NCBI GenBank assembly: GCA_963841545.1
Contig: CAWJDE010000008.1
Span: forward strand, 59,957-123,956
Length of the DNA: 64,000 bases
Reading direction: 5' to 3'
Source: an uncultured Chloroflexia bacterium
GTDB taxonomy: Bacteria > Chloroflexota > Limnocylindria > Limnocylindrales > CSP1-4
Position 1 is the first letter of the stretch; every line of letters begins with the position of its first letter. Position numbers and translations under genes: made by a program. The notes under the pieces were generated by a model. The model saw only the letters and a program-made list of their open reading frames with translations, was not told the DNA's origin and searched no databases. Shown in pieces: positions 1 to 13,710 of this stretch.

Positions 1-658
1 TCCGGCTCACGACCCCGGCCTTGAACTTGGGGTCGTCGAGGAGCATCGCGACCTGCGGGGTGTCCACGAAGGTGGGCGAGATCGCGTTGACGGTGATCCC
101 GTGCTTCGCCCACTCGGTCGCCCACTGGCGGGTGAGCGAGCTGATCGCCCCCTTCGCCGCGACGTACGCGGAGTAGCCGGCGTTGATGCCGAGCGACGCA
201 CGCACCGACGAGATGTTGAGCACGCGGCCGCCCTCGCCGCCGGCGATCATCGCCTTGACCGCCGCCTGGGTCGCCACCAGCGTGCTGCGCACGTTGAGCT
301 CGTAGATCCAGTCCCACGCGTCGCGGGGATACACCTCGGCATCGAACAGGACCTTGCCCGCTCCGCCGCCGACGGCGTTGACGATGATGTCGAGGCGCCC
401 GAAGGCATCCGTCGTCTGCTTGACGATCCGTGCGGCGTCAGCCTCGTCGGTCACGTCCGCATGGACGCCCATGCAGGTGCCGCCGGCGGCGCACACGCGG
501 TCGGCCGAGGCCAGCGCTCGCTCCTCGGACCGATCCACGACCACGACCCGGGCCCCGGCGCTCGCGAGCGCCGCACCGATCGCCGACCCGATGGCGCCGC
601 CGCCTCCCGAGATGAGCGCGACCCGGTCGTCGAGCCTGAACCTTTCCAGCAGCGGCAC
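1..658 (-). CDS. SDR family NAD(P)-dependent oxidoreductase (3' end outside window)
   Basis: Hand-translated, not in ORF track: GTG at 658 after GGAGG; MPLLERFRLDDRVALISGGGGAIG (GxxxGxG), NISS, YVAAK (YxxxK), GITVNAISPT. Confidence 0.9.
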   Translation of the reverse strand, partial: MPLLERFRLDDRVALISGGGGAIGSAIGAALASAGARVVVVDRSEERALASADRVCAAGGTCMGVHADVTDEADAARIVKQTTDAFGRLDIIVNAVGGGAGKVLFDAEVYPRDAWDWIYELNVRSTLVATQAAVKAMIAGGEGGRVLNISSVRASLGINAGYSAYVAAKGAISSLTRQWATEWAKHGITVNAISPTFVDTPQVAMLLDDPKFKAGVVSR

Positions 659-937
659 GCGCGTTCCTCCGTTGATCATCGATTATCGAGAATAGGTCAT
701 CCCTTGGAAAGGGTCAACGCGATCGGACGCTGAAGCGGCCGGGCTGGATGCCCCCCGAGGTCGGGGAGCGACGGCCGCCACCATCGTGCTCGTGCTCGCC
801 GGGTCTGAACGGTCCGGGCGGCCGGCACATCGCGGGTTCGGATCGCCACGCGCGCAAGCTCCCGGCCGCGGACGGCGGGGCGCGATGGCGCCCGCAGCGG
901 TCACCGCAACCTGCCGGGACGTGGCACGATCGGCGGC

Positions 938-1891
938 GTGGACGCCCAACCGTTTCGCACCGCGCTTGCCTCCGGGCAGCCCTTGATCCTCGACGGGGGC
1001 CTGGCCACGCAGCTCGAGGCCCAGGGCGAGGACCTGTCGGACCGGCTGTGGTCGGCCCGGCTGCTGCTCGAGAACCCGGACGCCATCGTCGAGGCGCACC
1101 TGGCCTACTACCGGTCCGGTGCACAGGTCGCGACCACGGCCAGCTACCAGGCCACCTTCGAGGGGCTGGCGGCAACCGGGCTCGGGCACGACGAGGCGGT
1201 CGCGATCCTGCGACGCAGCGTGGAGCTGGCGGCAACGGCGCGCCAGCGGTACCGGGCGGAGGTCGCCGCCGCCGGCGATCCGCCCGTGGACCCGCTGTTC
1301 GTGGCGGCGTCGATCGGGCCCTATGGCGCCATGCTCGCCGACGGCGCGGAGTTCCGGGGCGGGTACGGCCTGACGGCCACCGAGCTCGCGTCGTTCCACC
1401 GCGAGCGGCTCGAGGTGCTCGCGGCGACCGCCGCGGACGTGCTGGCGGTCGAGACCATCCCGGAGCTGGAGGAGGTCGCCGCCATCGCCGGTCTGCTCGA
1501 CGAGCTGCGCGGGGTCGCGGCCTGGATCAGCGTCTCGTGCGCCGACGGCCGCCGCCTCCGGAGCGGCGCTCCCATCGAGGAGGCCGCCGCTGCTGCGGCG
1601 GCCACGCCGGCCGTCGTGGCGATGGGCGTCAACTGCACGGCACCAGAGCATGTCGAGGAGCTCATCGGCCGGATCCGCGCGGTCACGAGGCTGCCGGTCG
1701 TGGCCTACCCCAACAGCGGCGAGGGCTGGGACGCCGCGACCCGGCGCTGGACCGGGCCCGACGGCAGCCGGGTCGACGGCGCGGCGGCGCTGCGATGGCG
1801 GGCTGACGGGGCCGCCCTGATCGGCGGCTGCTGCCGCGTGACCCCGGCCCAGATCGCCGAGATCGTCCGCGCCCTTGCCGCGCCCGCCTGA
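938..1891 (+). CDS. mmuM: Homocysteine S-methyltransferase
   Basis: ILDGGLATQLE, LWSARLL, SIGPYGA, GVNC, YPNSGE, IGGCC Zn-binding motifs. Confidence 0.93.
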   Translation: MDAQPFRTALASGQPLILDGGLATQLEAQGEDLSDRLWSARLLLENPDAIVEAHLAYYRSGAQVATTASYQATFEGLAATGLGHDEAVAILRRSVELAATARQRYRAEVAAAGDPPVDPLFVAASIGPYGAMLADGAEFRGGYGLTATELASFHRERLEVLAATAADVLAVETIPELEEVAAIAGLLDELRGVAAWISVSCADGRRLRSGAPIEEAAAAAAATPAVVAMGVNCTAPEHVEELIGRIRAVTRLPVVAYPNSGEGWDAATRRWTGPDGSRVDGAAALRWRADGAALIGGCCRVTPAQIAEIVRALAAPA

Positions 1892-1947
1892 GGCACGCAA
1901 CCACCCGCGCGGCGCACCCCGGCCAGCGGGCCGGAGCCGGAGCGATC

Positions 1948-3534
1948 TCAGTGGACGCGCGACTCGTAGCCCGTCCAGAACGGCTCGCGGAGCTCGGCCT
2001 TGAGGATCTTCCCCGTGCCGCCCTTGGGCAGCGAATCGCGGAAGTGGAACTCGCGCGGGACCTTGAACCGCGCCAGGTGCGCCCGGCAGTGCGCGCGCAG
2101 CTCGCCCACCGTCGCCACCGCCTCGGGCTTGAGCACCACCAGCGCCACCGGCGCCTCGCCGAACCGCTCGTCCGGGGCCGCCACCACGGCGACCTCGAGC
2201 ACCGCGGGGTGCGCGGCGATCACGTTCTCCACCTCGACCGACGACAGGTTCTCGCCGCCGCGAATGATGACGTCCTTCGCCCGGTCCTTGATCAGGACGT
2301 AGCCGGCGTCGTCGACGGTCGCCATGTCGCCCGTGTGGAGCCAGCCGTCGCGCAGCGCGACCGCCGTCGCATCGGGATCCCGGTAGTAGCCCTGCATCAC
2401 CGAGTGGCCGCGGACCAGGATCTCGCCGATCTGCTCGCCGTCGGGCCGGACGTCGCCTCCGTCGGCGGTCGCGACGCGGATCGTGCAGCCGGGGATCGGC
2501 CAGCCGGTGAGCGCCTGGCGCTCGATTCGGCGCTCGTTCGGCTCCGCGGACGTGACCACGGCGCGCGGCAGGGCCAGGGTCAGGATCGGTGACGTCTCGG
2601 ACAGCCCGTAGCCCGCGATCGTCTGGACGCCGAACGCCTCCTCGAGCCCGCGCACCAGCGACGGCGACGCGGGGGCGCCACCGATGATCAGCTGGCGCAG
2701 GCTGGACAGGTCGTGCTTCGTCCGCTCGCCGGAGTGGAGCATCGCGTTGAAGATCGCCGGGACGCCCAGCAGCCGAGTGACCCGGTAGCGCTCGACGTGC
2801 TGGATCAGGGCCGCGGGATCGAACCGCCGCAGCATGACGTGCTGTCCGCCGACCATGGTCAGGAAATGGGGCACGCCCCAGCCGTTGACGTGGAACATCG
2901 GCACGACGTGCAGCACCACGTCATCCTCGTCGAAGCGCAGCGCGATCTCGGCGTTGAGCGCGTGCAGGTACAGCTGGCGATGGGTCAGCGCAACGCCCTT
3001 GGGCAGCCCGGTCGTGCCGCTGGTGTAGAACAGCTCGGCCACGGCGGTCTCGTCCACCTGGGGGTGACGCGGCTCGGAGGAGCCACCGGCGACCAGCGAC
3101 TCGTAGTCGTCGCTGGCGATGCCGCCGGCCTCGCCTTCGATGATCACGAACCGCGGCCGCGACGAGAGCTGCGGCGCGATCAATTCGACCAGCGGCAGGA
3201 AGTCGCGCTGGAAGGCGACCACCCGCGAGCCTGCGTGGTCGAGGATGTAGGCGATCTCGTGCGGCGCCAGCCGGATGTTCACCGGGTTGAGCACGGCGCC
3301 GGCCTCGAGCACCCCGTAGTACGCCTCGAGCAGGTGATGGGTGTTGTAGGTCAGGAACGACACCCGGTCGCCCGGCTCGATGCCCAGCCCGACCAGCGCG
3401 TTGGCCAGCCGGTGTGTGCGCTCGGCCCAGGTGCGGTAGGTGAGCTGGACGTCCCCGTCAACGACGCCCACCCGGTCGCCGAAGAACGCGGCGGCACGAT
3501 CACGGAACTCGAGGACGGACATGGGGATGAACAC
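1948..3534 (-). CDS. Long-chain fatty acid-CoA ligase (AMP-binding)
   Basis: YTSGTTGLPKG, GYGLSET, GWLHTGD, DRAKDVIIRGGEN; GTG start after GAGGAGGAG. Confidence 0.92.
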   Translation of the reverse strand: MFIPMSVLEFRDRAAAFFGDRVGVVDGDVQLTYRTWAERTHRLANALVGLGIEPGDRVSFLTYNTHHLLEAYYGVLEAGAVLNPVNIRLAPHEIAYILDHAGSRVVAFQRDFLPLVELIAPQLSSRPRFVIIEGEAGGIASDDYESLVAGGSSEPRHPQVDETAVAELFYTSGTTGLPKGVALTHRQLYLHALNAEIALRFDEDDVVLHVVPMFHVNGWGVPHFLTMVGGQHVMLRRFDPAALIQHVERYRVTRLLGVPAIFNAMLHSGERTKHDLSSLRQLIIGGAPASPSLVRGLEEAFGVQTIAGYGLSETSPILTLALPRAVVTSAEPNERRIERQALTGWPIPGCTIRVATADGGDVRPDGEQIGEILVRGHSVMQGYYRDPDATAVALRDGWLHTGDMATVDDAGYVLIKDRAKDVIIRGGENLSSVEVENVIAAHPAVLEVAVVAAPDERFGEAPVALVVLKPEAVATVGELRAHCRAHLARFKVPREFHFRDSLPKGGTGKILKAELREPFWTGYESRVH

Positions 3535-3686
3535 GGCGCGCTCCTCCTCGGCGACAGTGATCCTGAGTGTGCACCCTGGGACGGGCGTGGGGCCGACCGC
3601 CGGCGCGCCTTCGATCAGCGGTCCGGCACCGCGGGCCACGGACGGGCACAATGCTTCCGCGTCCGAGAACCTGCTGAGGCACACCT

Positions 3687-4346
3687 GTGCTCCGACCCGC
3701 CCTCCTGCTCCTCGCCTCGACCGTGGCGCTCGCCGCGTGCGGGTTCGGCTCCAGCGAGAACGACAGCCCCCACGAGGCGCCATTGCCGGCCGGCACGCAC
3801 GCCTCGACGGTGTTCCAGCCTGCAGTGACCTTCACCGTTCCCGCCGGCTGGGTCCTTGCGGATGACACCGCGGGCTATCTCCAGCTCCGCCCGGCCGACC
3901 AGGACGTGCTCGGCATCCACGTCTTCCGGGGGGCGACGGCGGCGTCCCAGGACGCGTCGTGCCTGATCCAGCCGGCCGCCGGCGTGGGCACCTCGTCGGT
4001 CGCCCTGGTGACCTGGATCCGCGGGCTCGCCGGCCTGCTGGCGAGCAGCCCGGCCCTGGTCCAGATCGGCGGCCTGCGCGGCAGCTCGATCGACCTCGGG
4101 ATCGCCAACGGCTGGACCGCGTCCTGCCCATTCGCCAACGGCGTGCCCACCGTTCCGCTGCTGGTCGAGCAGGGGACGGGGCTGCGCTGGGTGCTCGCCG
4201 GCGGCGAGCGCCTGCGCCTCTACCTGCTCGACCTGCCCGGCGGCGAGACCGTCCTCGTCGACATCGACGACTTCGAGGGCAGCCAGCTCGACGCCTTCAT
4301 GGGCCAGGCGGTCCCGGTGGTGACGTCGATGTCGTTCGCACCCTGA
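3687..4346 (+). CDS. Hypothetical lipoprotein
   Basis: Hydrophobic signal with lipobox LAAC; coding-like codon usage. Confidence 0.75.
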   Translation: MLRPALLLLASTVALAACGFGSSENDSPHEAPLPAGTHASTVFQPAVTFTVPAGWVLADDTAGYLQLRPADQDVLGIHVFRGATAASQDASCLIQPAAGVGTSSVALVTWIRGLAGLLASSPALVQIGGLRGSSIDLGIANGWTASCPFANGVPTVPLLVEQGTGLRWVLAGGERLRLYLLDLPGGETVLVDIDDFEGSQLDAFMGQAVPVVTSMSFAP

Positions 4347-4483
4347 GGCGGGACGCGGGCCGGACGATGGATGCGAGCGTCGCGGCCCGGGACGTCCTGG
4401 CGCCGGGAGCGCGGGGCGGTCCGCCTGAGCTTCGTCGTGGCCATCGCGCCGGAGCTGGTGGGCTCCAGCGGCCCGGCGGGCCC

Positions 4484-5185
4484 GTGATCGCCCCGGCCCC
4501 ACGGCTCCTGGCGCTCATCCCCGGCCACCAGGAAGGCCCCCGGATCGGGGCGGTGGTCGCGCGGGCCAGGGTCCATCTCCCGGTGCTGGTGGTCGACGAT
4601 GGCTCGACCGACGACACCGCCGCACAGGCGGCGGCCGCCGGCGCCCGCGTGGTCCGCCGGCAGCCGAACCAGGGCAAGGGCGCCGCCCTCCGGGCCGGGT
4701 TCCGGGTGGCCCTCGACGAGGGCTGGGATGCCGTGGTCACGCTCGACGCCGACGGCCAGCACGACCCCGACGAGATCGACCGGTTCGTTGCCGCGTTCGC
4801 GGCTCCGGGGGCAACCGGCCCGCGCCCCGAGCTGATCATCGGGCGCCGCGACTTCAGCCGGATGCCGCCGATCCGCCGACTCTCGAATGCCCTGGGGAGC
4901 GCGGCGTTCTCGTGGGCCGTGGGCAGGCCGATCGCCGACAACCAGTCGGGCTACCGGCTGCTCGGTCGACGCATGCTGACGGCCATGCTCGAGAGCGCCG
5001 AGACCGGGTTCGAGCTCGAGGTCGAGATGATCGCCGTGTGCCTGCGAAGCGGCTGGACCCTCGGCTGGGTGCCCATCTCCACGATCTATGCCGGGGCACC
5101 GAGCCACGTGAAGCCGCTGGCCCACCTTCGGCACTTCGTCCGGGCGACCCGTGCCGCCCGCCGCCTGGTTCGGGAGGGTCGCTGA
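4484..5185 (+). CDS. Glycosyltransferase family 2 (polyprenol-P-mannose synthase-like)
   Basis: VVDDGSTD, NQGKGAAL, DADGQHDP, DNQSGYR; start trimmed from ORF 3959..5185. Confidence 0.9.
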   Translation: MIAPAPRLLALIPGHQEGPRIGAVVARARVHLPVLVVDDGSTDDTAAQAAAAGARVVRRQPNQGKGAALRAGFRVALDEGWDAVVTLDADGQHDPDEIDRFVAAFAAPGATGPRPELIIGRRDFSRMPPIRRLSNALGSAAFSWAVGRPIADNQSGYRLLGRRMLTAMLESAETGFELEVEMIAVCLRSGWTLGWVPISTIYAGAPSHVKPLAHLRHFVRATRAARRLVREGR

Positions 5186-5303
5186 GCGTCCTGCGGATCG
5201 CGGGCTAAGGCAACTTCACCGCGCGACTACCCGCGCTGAAGCGGAACGCGTCATGCTGGGCACCACGCTCCCTCGTCCCGGCGCGCCTGCAGCACTGAGG
5301 CCA

Positions 5304-6689
5304 ATGACCGAACCGACCAGCCCCGGCGGCACGACCGTGCCCGGGCCGACCAGCCCCCCCGCGGCCCCGTACGCGCCGATGCCGCTCCCCCCACCCGTTC
5401 CCCTGCTGCCGCCGGGTCCACCACTCGCTCCGCGTCCCGGATCCGGTCCGGCACGCCTGTGGCTCGCCGTGCTGGTGCCCGTGCTGGGCGTGATCCTGTT
5501 CGGCGGCGGCCTGGTCGTTGGCCGGTCGAGCGTCGCTCCCGGTGGGCCAGCGGCATCGGCGAGCCCCTCGCCCGCGGCGGTGGAGGAGCTGTCCCTGGTC
5601 GAGCAGGCATGGCGGCTGATCCAGGACAACTACGTCGATGCGGCGCATCTCGACGACCAGGCGATGGCGTACGCCGCGATCGAAGGCATGACGCAGGCGG
5701 TCGGCGACGAGGGGCACACCTCGTTCCTGACGGCCGACCAGGCGAAGGCGGTCGACCAGTCGCTGTCCGGGACGTTCGTCGGGATCGGGATCCAGGTCGA
5801 CGGCACCGGCACCGACGGCACCGTGATCACCTCGGTCATCCCCAACACCCCGGCCGAGGAGGCGGGCCTGAAGCGTGACGACCGGATCATCGCCGTCGAC
5901 GGGACGACGACGAGCGGCCAGACGGTCGACGAAGTCGTGGCGCGCGTGCGCGGTCCGGAGGGTGCACCGGTCACGCTGACGATCCAGCGCGCGGGCGTCC
6001 CCTCGTTCGACGTCACGATCGTGCGCCGCAAGTTCGATCTGCCGCTGGTCACCTGGACCATGGTGCCCGGCCGGACCATCGCCCTCATCCGGCTGGACGA
6101 GTTCGCCACCGGCGCGACGAAGGGCATCCAGGACGCGATCAAGGGTGCCGAGGCGCAGGGCGCCACGGCCGTGATCCTGGACCTCCGCAGCAATCCCGGC
6201 GGCTACGTCACCGAGGCGATCGGGGTCACCAGCCAGTTCGTCGGTGACGGCATCGTCTACCGCAGCGTCGACGCCAGCGGCGTGCAGAAGCAGGAGCCCG
6301 TCGAGCCCAACGGCGTGTGGACCACGGGGCCGCTCATCGTGCTGACCGATGGCAACACGGCGAGCTCGGCCGAGATCGTGACCGGGGCGATCCAGGATGC
6401 CGGGCGCGGCAAGGTCGTGGGGGAGAAGACGTTCGGGACCGGCACCGTGCTGGGCCGGTTCGACCTCGCCGACGGATCCTCGCTGCGGATCGGCGTCGAG
6501 CGCTGGCTGACGCGCGACGGGCGGCCGATCTGGCACGAGGGTCTCGAGCCGGACATCCCGGTCACCCTTGCGACCGGCGCCACACCGCTGCGCCCGGAAG
6601 ACGTCAAGGCGATGACGCCCGCGGAGCTGGCGTCGTCGACCGACAGTCAGCTGCTCAAGGCGCTCGAGGTGCTCAAGGGCGAGGGCTGA
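5304..6689 (+). CDS. ctpA: S41 family C-terminal processing peptidase (PDZ)
   Basis: TM anchor, GIGI PDZ, LDLRSNPGG, TASSAEI, GEKTFGTG; start uncertain (5253 or 5304). Confidence 0.9.
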   Translation: MTEPTSPGGTTVPGPTSPPAAPYAPMPLPPPVPLLPPGPPLAPRPGSGPARLWLAVLVPVLGVILFGGGLVVGRSSVAPGGPAASASPSPAAVEELSLVEQAWRLIQDNYVDAAHLDDQAMAYAAIEGMTQAVGDEGHTSFLTADQAKAVDQSLSGTFVGIGIQVDGTGTDGTVITSVIPNTPAEEAGLKRDDRIIAVDGTTTSGQTVDEVVARVRGPEGAPVTLTIQRAGVPSFDVTIVRRKFDLPLVTWTMVPGRTIALIRLDEFATGATKGIQDAIKGAEAQGATAVILDLRSNPGGYVTEAIGVTSQFVGDGIVYRSVDASGVQKQEPVEPNGVWTTGPLIVLTDGNTASSAEIVTGAIQDAGRGKVVGEKTFGTGTVLGRFDLADGSSLRIGVERWLTRDGRPIWHEGLEPDIPVTLATGATPLRPEDVKAMTPAELASSTDSQLLKALEVLKGEG

Positions 6690-6704
6690 CCGCCCCCCAC
6701 GGGG

Positions 6705-6908
6705 TCAGGCCGGCGTCTGGCGCATCGCGGCGACGTGGCGGCTCCAGTCGGAGGTCCGCCCGTCGGGCATCGCCGAGCTCCCCGTCCAGCCGCAGACGCA
6801 GATCACGGTCTGGGCGCGGTGACGGTACTCGGCGATGACGTGCTTGCGCCGATCGGGATCGGGTGCGGGTCGTCGCGGCGGGAGTCCGGGGCGTCGTTGT
6901 TCCGCCAC
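6705..6908 (-). CDS. Small hypothetical protein with H...CxCGW...H motif
   Basis: GTG 5 nt after the zinc-ribbon gene stop; MAEQRRPG...KHVIAEYRH...VICVCGWTG...DWSRH. Confidence 0.55.
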   Translation of the reverse strand: MAEQRRPGLPPRRPAPDPDRRKHVIAEYRHRAQTVICVCGWTGSSAMPDGRTSDWSRHVAAMRQTPA

Positions 6909-6913
6909 CCCGC

Positions 6914-7264
6914 TCAGGCCCGACGCTGTGCGAAGCAGGTGCTGCAGTACACCGGCTTGCCGGTCGTCGGACGGAAGGGGACCTCGGTGGCCTGCCCGCA
7001 GGACGAGCAGGTCGCGGGGAACATCTCGCGCGGTCCGCGCCGCGAGCCGTAGCCATCGGACGAGTAGCTGCCGCCCTCGCTGTAGCCACCCGAGCTGTAG
7101 CCGCCGCCACCGTCCGCGTTCCGTGCGGCCTTGCGGGCGGCCCGGCAGGACGGGCAGCGCCGCGGCTCGGTGAACCCGCGCTCGGCGTAGAAGTCCTGTT
7201 CGCTGGCCGTGAAGGTGAAGGTCTGGCCGCAGTCGGCGCAGGTCAGCGTCTTGTCGACGTTCAT
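6914..7264 (-). CDS. Zinc-ribbon plus CxxC-x17-CxxC domain protein
   Basis: DKTLTCADCG..F.F...EQ.FY..RGF..PRRCPSCR, Gly/Ser-rich linker, CSSCG...VPFRP..GKPVYCSTCF; AGGAG RBS. Confidence 0.9.
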   Translation of the reverse strand: MNVDKTLTCADCGQTFTFTASEQDFYAERGFTEPRRCPSCRAARKAARNADGGGGYSSGGYSEGGSYSSDGYGSRRGPREMFPATCSSCGQATEVPFRPTTGKPVYCSTCFAQRRA

Positions 7265-7453
7265 GTGGATCGATCCACTCCTGATAGTTGCGACGGTGTC
7301 CGCGACCTGCCTCTGCGGAGTCCGGGAGGGGGTGGATCGAGTCGGCCGTAACGGGGCTCGCCCGACGATGGGGCGTACCCCACAGCATAGGGCATCGGGC
7401 AAATGCCCCGCCAGGCCGTCTTGCGCACCGCCGAGCACCGGCGGGCGGTGCGC

Positions 7454-7810
7454 TCAGCCCTTGGCCGGAAGGGACCCAGCGAAGGCGAGCGCCCGCTCCA
7501 GCCAGCCGTCGAGCGCGGCGTCGTCGGCGATCACGTCCGGGGGCAGTGTCGCGTAGCCCGTCATCGTCCGGCCGGGCATCGGGGAGAACGGGCCGGCTCC
7601 GGGCATCGCCTCCAGGATCGCCAGGTCGTCGGCGCCGAGGCGCACCATCCACGTGTCGGCGAACAGGCCCGTGGCGAGGTTGCCACCGACGAACAGGGCC
7701 GGGTACCCGAACATCTGGCGCCGCTGCGCCTGCGGATGACGGCCCGCGGCCGCGTCGAACCGGGCGACCAGCTCCGGCGGCGACTTCTCGAACGACGGCA
7801 TCCTGGGCAT
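7454..7810 (-). CDS. TfoX/Sxy N-terminal domain protein
   Basis: RRQMFGYPALFVGGNL, PFSPMPGRTMTGY, W..RALAF. Confidence 0.85.
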   Translation of the reverse strand: MPRMPSFEKSPPELVARFDAAAGRHPQAQRRQMFGYPALFVGGNLATGLFADTWMVRLGADDLAILEAMPGAGPFSPMPGRTMTGYATLPPDVIADDAALDGWLERALAFAGSLPAKG

Positions 7811-7904
7811 TGGGGCCTCCCTCGCGATCGATGACGTGCGACGATGACGGCCGTTGCGGATCGGGTTGCGCGCCCCGCAGACCGACCTTCGGCCAGGCTC
7901 CTCC

Positions 7905-11645
<3,741 letters not shown>

Positions 11646-11894
11646 CGTGCCCCGATCCTACCGCCGGCCGGATCGGCGGGTCACCTCCGGGTCGCGCGTC
11701 GTCGCTTCGCAGCGGAGCGTCGCGGGCGCACGAGCGGTCAGCCGGCGTGTGCGCTGCCGGCCCACCTTCGCCACCATGCACGGCGGTCCGCCCACCCCGG
11801 CCGCCCCGCGTTCGTCCCGTCCACCCGCCTCGCCGCTCGGCGTTCCCGCCTGCGCAGATCCCCATCGAGCCGGCGAGGGCAGCGCGACGCCACC

Positions 11895-11997
11895 GGCGCA
11901 ACCCCCGGCGCGGGCGGCGCGACCCCCGGCGCGGGCGGCGCGACCGGCGGCCGGAACAGCGGCCCGCCGGCGCGACCGGCGGCCGGAACAGCGGCCC
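11895..11997. repeat. Two adjacent tandem duplications (21 bp x2; 29 bp x2 with 32-bp period)
   Basis: ggcgc[a/g]acccccggcgcgggc at 11895 and 11916; ggcgcgaccggcggccggaacagcggccc at 11937 and 11969. Confidence 0.85.
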
Positions 11998-12105
11998 ATG
12001 GCCGTCGATCCCCTGACATCATGGGCGTGTCCCGAGAGGGAGACCCCTTCCCTGCGCTCCAGCCGGCCGGCGTCGGCCGGCTCCCAACGTCCGAGGTAGA
12101 CGACA

Positions 12106-13332
12106 ATGCGGATCCTCGTCATCGGCGCCGGCGGCGTCGGCAGCGCGGCCGTGGGCATCGCGGCACGGCGCGGGTTCTTCGAGCACCTGGTGGTGGCCGA
12201 CTACGACCCGGCCCGGGTGCAGTACGCGCTCGGACAGGTGGCGGGCGACGCGCGTTTCACGGGCGCCGGCACCGACGCCTCCGACACCGGCGCGATGACG
12301 GCGCTCATCCGGGAGCACCGGATCACGCACGTCCTCAACGCGGTCGATCCCCGGTTCGTGATGCCCATCTTCGATGCGTGCCTGGCCGCGGGCGTGGACT
12401 ACATGGACATGGCGATGTCGCTCTCGCACCCGCACGCCGATCGGCCGTACGAGGAGAGTGGCGAGAAGCTGGGGGACGCCCAGTTCGCGAAAGCGGGCGC
12501 CTGGCAGGCGGCCGGCCGGCTGGCCTTCGTGGGCATGGGCGTCGAGCCCGGCCTGTCCGACGTGTTCGCCCGGTACGCGCAGGATCACCTGTTCGGCGAG
12601 ATCGACGAGGTGGGGGTCCGCGACGGTGCCAACCTCACGGTCGACGGCTACGAGTTCGCGCCCTCGTTCTCCATCTGGACCACGATCGAGGAATGCCTCA
12701 ACCCGCCGGTCATCTGGGAGTCCGGCCGCGGCTGGTACACGACGCCGCCGTTCAGCGAGCCCGAGACGTTCGAGTTCCCCGAGGGAATCGGCCCCGTCGA
12801 GTGCGTCAACGTGGAGCACGAGGAGGTGCTGCTCGTGCCGCGTTGGATCAAGGCGAAGCGCGTCACCTTCAAGTACGGGCTGGGCGACGAGTTCATCGGC
12901 GTGCTCAAGACGCTGCACCTGCTCGGGCTCGACCGCACCGGGAAGGTTCGCGTCGGTGGCGTGGAGGTGTCGCCGCGGGACGTGGTCGCCGCCTGCCTGC
13001 CGGACCCGGCGGGCCTGGGCGATCGGATGCACGGCAAGACCTGTGCCGGGACGTGGGTCACCGGCCGCGGCAAGGACGGCGCCCCGCGGGCCGTATACCT
13101 GTACCACGTCGTCGACAATGCCTGGTGCATGCGTGAGTACGGCGCCCAGGCGGTCGTGCTCCAGACGGCGGTCAACCCGATCGTCGCGCTCGAGCTGCTG
13201 GCCCGGGGAACCTGGTCGGGTGCCGGTGTCCTGGGGCCCGAGGCGTTCGACGCCGTGCCGTTCCTCGACCTGCTCAACGAGTACGGGATGCCGTGGGGGA
13301 TGCGGGAGGAGGCACCCGTCACCGTCCGCTGA
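12106..13332 (+). CDS. Saccharopine dehydrogenase / carboxy(nor)spermidine dehydrogenase-like reductase
   Basis: MRILVIGAGGVG, GMGVEPG, NVEHEEV, GVLGPEAFD. Confidence 0.85.
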   Translation: MRILVIGAGGVGSAAVGIAARRGFFEHLVVADYDPARVQYALGQVAGDARFTGAGTDASDTGAMTALIREHRITHVLNAVDPRFVMPIFDACLAAGVDYMDMAMSLSHPHADRPYEESGEKLGDAQFAKAGAWQAAGRLAFVGMGVEPGLSDVFARYAQDHLFGEIDEVGVRDGANLTVDGYEFAPSFSIWTTIEECLNPPVIWESGRGWYTTPPFSEPETFEFPEGIGPVECVNVEHEEVLLVPRWIKAKRVTFKYGLGDEFIGVLKTLHLLGLDRTGKVRVGGVEVSPRDVVAACLPDPAGLGDRMHGKTCAGTWVTGRGKDGAPRAVYLYHVVDNAWCMREYGAQAVVLQTAVNPIVALELLARGTWSGAGVLGPEAFDAVPFLDLLNEYGMPWGMREEAPVTVR

Positions 13333-13445
13333 TCGAGCGGAGCCCTGGCGGTCGTGCCCGGTGCCGCCCGGTCGGCACCGGTCCTATCCCGCATGGCCCG
13401 TTCTGGTGATATCCGGTCCGGAGCTCACCAGACACCATCCGGCCC

Positions 13446-13631
13446 ATGGAAACCCACTCGGACTCGATCGAAGAGCTCGTCTCCGCACTCGAGCGGCTCG
13501 GTCCGCCCCGGCCGCAGGTCCACCCGGATCCCGCCCGGCGGGTGGTGATCCGGATCCGGCTCGCACGCCTCGGCGGGGTCGCCCTTCGCCATCGGATCGG
13601 CGCTCGCCCGCAGGCCGCTCTCGCCCGCTGA
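13446..13631 (+). CDS. Small hypothetical protein
   Basis: 61-aa ATG ORF filling a gap; no family motif recognised. Confidence 0.4.
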   Translation: METHSDSIEELVSALERLGPPRPQVHPDPARRVVIRIRLARLGGVALRHRIGARPQAALAR

Positions 13632-13710
13632 CGGGCGCGGGACGCGTGCGCCTCGAGGCGGCAGCCGGCCGCTGACGGAGCCGACAGGCCGGCGTTCGCG
13701 ACCGCGGCGC

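Noticed and set aside
938-1891. mmuM as a selenocysteine methyltransferase linked to the Se locus
   Set aside because: About 58 kb away; no sequence evidence to distinguish it from an ordinary MmuM
11646-12105. SAM or cobalamin riboswitch upstream of metH
   Set aside because: No recognisable aptamer core, and a -10 box sits 9 nt from the ATG, implying no leader
13402-13432. Inverted repeat TCTGGTGA...TCACCAGA as an ncRNA or IS end
   Set aside because: Single short dyad with no partner copy or transposase; at most an operator or terminator
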